A stretch of 64,000 bases of DNA. Source: Marsupella aquatica. Taxonomy: Eukaryota; Plantae; Marchantiophyta. Made by a program: the position numbers and the translations under genes. Positions 61,751-64,000 of the stretch are shown here, one piece after another. Position 1 is the first letter of the stretch. Every line of letters starts with the position of its first letter. The notes under the pieces were generated by a model, which saw only the letters and a program-made list of their open reading frames with translations, was not told the DNA's origin and did not search any database. Location of the stretch: NCBI GenBank assembly GCA_973895155.1, contig OZ316899.1, forward strand, positions 6,761,241-6,825,240, read 5' to 3'.

Positions 61751-62200
61751 CTACAGCGTGTGATCCAAACATGTGTAGACACCAAACGCACCGGTGGTGG
61801 GGTCTGGGAGGCCAGGACAAGTGACATTGCCAGGCACACTGCAGGATGGCGAGTGGTTCCAGATGATACATTGTGCTCTATGCAAAAATTGACATCCAAG
61901 AGAACGGTCATCCAACTCTGGGCCAGAAGCCCAACAGGCAAGACAGTCATATTGGCAACTGTGTACACACCCTTGGGCCCTAATTTGTGGCGGGTCATGT
62001 ACAAGAGACAGAAATACCAAGGATGTTGGGAAGGGTAGAGAAGCAGGTACAGGCCGACTGTAGTTATTCCTGGCAACAATAGGGTACTCAAAGTACCATG
62101 CACACTGGGCAGGAAGGATCCCAAGTCTCACATACTCAAGGCGCAACCTCTCTGCCTTGCGTGCAAGTCGCACATGTTCAGCATTGCGGGTGCTCACCAT
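61751..62200 (-). CDS. Cys/His-rich PHD-like small protein
   Basis: CLAC-x13-C-x7-C-x4-H-x3-C...CPG...YTCLDH. The spacing and the CPG..(W/Y)xCxD(C/H) end resemble the first finger of the neighbouring gene. Confidence 0.5.
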   Translation of the reverse strand: MVSTRNAEHVRLARKAERLRLEYVRLGILPAQCAWYFEYPIVARNNYSRPVPASLPFPTSLVFLSLVHDPPQIRAQGCVHSCQYDCLACWASGPELDDRSLGCQFLHRAQCIIWNHSPSCSVPGNVTCPGLPDPTTGAFGVYTCLDHTL

Positions 62201-62816
62201 AACTGTTGCTTTTGTTCAGATGTCTTGTGTTCACGTCCTCTGACGTCCTTTGATCAGCAAGGTGAGCAGGAGCTGTACTTGCCTCACCAACAACAACCAA
62301 CCTGAACTTATCAGTTCCCACTCACTGTGTCATTCCCTTGATTCCAACTAGAGGTCATAGTATAAACTTAGCATGAAACACTCCTAATCAACAATGTTGC
62401 AAACTACAATGTCCAGAAACATTGAAAGTCTCTGCCTGCAATGAGCAACAGAGAGGTAGTTCACTGCTTGCAAGAGTGACTGAGCAGGAGTGTAGGCAGA
62501 CTGGCATTCAGTTGGCACAACTATATTGTGCATCAGCACAAAAGCTCTTATAAACATGATATGCATGAAACTCGTCGATAAAATAGAAGGAAACTAAACA
62601 GTGGATGCAAAACAAAGCAAATTACAGCATAGGTCGGCACAGGAAGTGGCCCGCAGCACTCAGTCGAACTTCATAACCAAAGTACAGACTGTGTACACAA
62701 TAAGGAGCTTCCTAAAAAAGAGGCGGGTGGCAGAAAGGTCACTTGACAAAATGAAGATGGGATGAAAAAACTGCCTCCAAGCTCAATACATGTGACCAAG
62801 TATATATTCAAAGACG

Positions 62817-63360
62817 ATCCCCAACAGAGCAGAAGACAATATGATCCCAATTACTATGTTCTATCCATAACTACACGATCTGAAAAATGTTATGAGCAGA
62901 CATGAAGAAGCCAGCAAAATAGAGGAAACAGAGCAAAACAGAGCATGGATCGAGAAAATGAACAACATCTAGTTCTTACGCAAGAAACTCAGTGACAGCA
63001 AACAAATTCACTAGCCCCAGGAAGTGAAAAGCAAATGAGTACCAAGCCAACCAACTAAGACTGACTATGAAATGCAAGTGACATCATTTCAACCAAAAAA
63101 AAAAATAAAGCACTTAGGCAACATTAATATAGAAGTGTAGTGGAATTATCTCATGCGAACGATCATACTTGGTTCTACCTGAGGTGTACAGGCATACTGC
63201 CCTCAGGTAGAATGTGTATGCCCGCACATACACATGAGGATCCCCAACAAAGCATACAACAATATGATCTGAGTTCCCAATTACTCTGTTCTGTCTATAC
63301 CTATGTTCATCAAAAAATGTTATGAGCAGACATTGAGAAGCTAGCAAAACAGAGGAGCCA
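62817..63360. repeat. Diverged direct duplication (~62817-62930 and ~63240-63360)
   Basis: Shared atccccaaca..acaatatgatc..cccaattact..aaaaatgttatgagcagacat..agcaaaa.agagga. Confidence 0.7.
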
Positions 63361-63965
63361 ATCGAAGCCAAAATATTACATTGCAGGTTGAATACATCAG
63401 TCACTGCCAAGAATGTATGCATGAAACAAACATGAAGGTATCGAATATGTATATGCATTACAGACTTTCATGCTAGATAGTGGCCAAAGTTAAAATGAAC
63501 TAGTTTTGACTTTATGACTCTCAGAATGAAAATATTTTATTTCAGAATTATATTCTATTTCAGAATGGGTTCAACTCTGTGGATTGTGAACTGTCTCACT
63601 TGGAATTCCACTATTTGGGCTATCTAAGAATGCAGTTCAAAGGACATACAGTGCAAGACAGTTAGAGATCATGTCTTCATTCCGACGTCCAATTGGACAT
63701 TTTATGTCACAAACTGCGCAAGCAATGAAGTCCATGGAATTTTCTCAAAAATGCAGCTTCTGTTGTTGGTAAAAGCAACTATGAGTTTCCTATTGAGTGC
63801 CCCCGATGCACAATACTACCAGAGGCCCACTTTAGACTACGATGGCTGTCATTACTTATTGGGAACTTGGATGCATATATATTGAAATGCTTCGCAGAGT
63901 GTTCCGACCACAGGCAAACCTAACATCAATCTCAACATTCAATCCCGTCTCAAAATTGATTTAGA

Positions 63966-64000
63966 CACTAGTAGAAACCGGGGTATTTCGTGACCAGACC
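63966..64000. mobile_element. Start of another CACTA element (TIR 63966-63983)
   Basis: CACTAGTAGAAACCGGGG, identical to 49614-49631 and in the same orientation. Confidence 0.85.

Larger units (their letters stand above)
49614..63965 (-). mobile_element. Large CACTA/EnSpm element (3' TIR 49614-49631; 5' end not seen in window) with putative cargo genes
   Basis: CACTAGTAGAAACCGGGG plus subterminal GACT/AGTC repeats to ~50180. TnpA-like and TnpD-like genes on the - strand. The right boundary is inferred because no closing TIR was seen before 63966. Confidence 0.75.

Noticed and set aside
58050-62200. F-box/BRCT/PHD ORFs as ordinary host genes
   Set aside because: They are domain-only, tightly packed, and carry the same stop-type decay as the transposase. 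Not fully excluded until the closing TIR is found.

Overview
This is a transposon-only, heterochromatin-like window with no intact host gene. The element families suggest a non-seed land plant (inference). From left to right it holds: the 3' end of a CACTA element; an LTR-element accessory ORF plus LTR; a degenerate GCM-type DNA transposon with a divergent ParB/Srx-like gene; a copia 3' end; a chromodomain Ty3/gypsy element whose LTRs end AGT...ACT; two non-chromovirus Ty3/gypsy elements; a Bianca-type copia; three 3' fragments of a LINE with a (CATTAC)n tail; and a large CACTA element. Two observations stand out. First, there are giant 3.6-4 kb LTRs with a long protein-coding gene inside. Two are TG...CA solo LTRs with perfect 5-bp TSDs (30813-34387, 45024-48998) and two are 5' LTRs next to a PBS. 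Second, upstream of the CACTA transposase lies a co-oriented cassette of compact genes: a stand-alone EDM2-type composite PHD, a second PHD-like protein, tandem Pol-lambda-type BRCT domains and an F-box. This is a candidate transposon-borne chromatin or anti-silencing toolkit. All domain calls come from motif recognition by eye; no database search was run.
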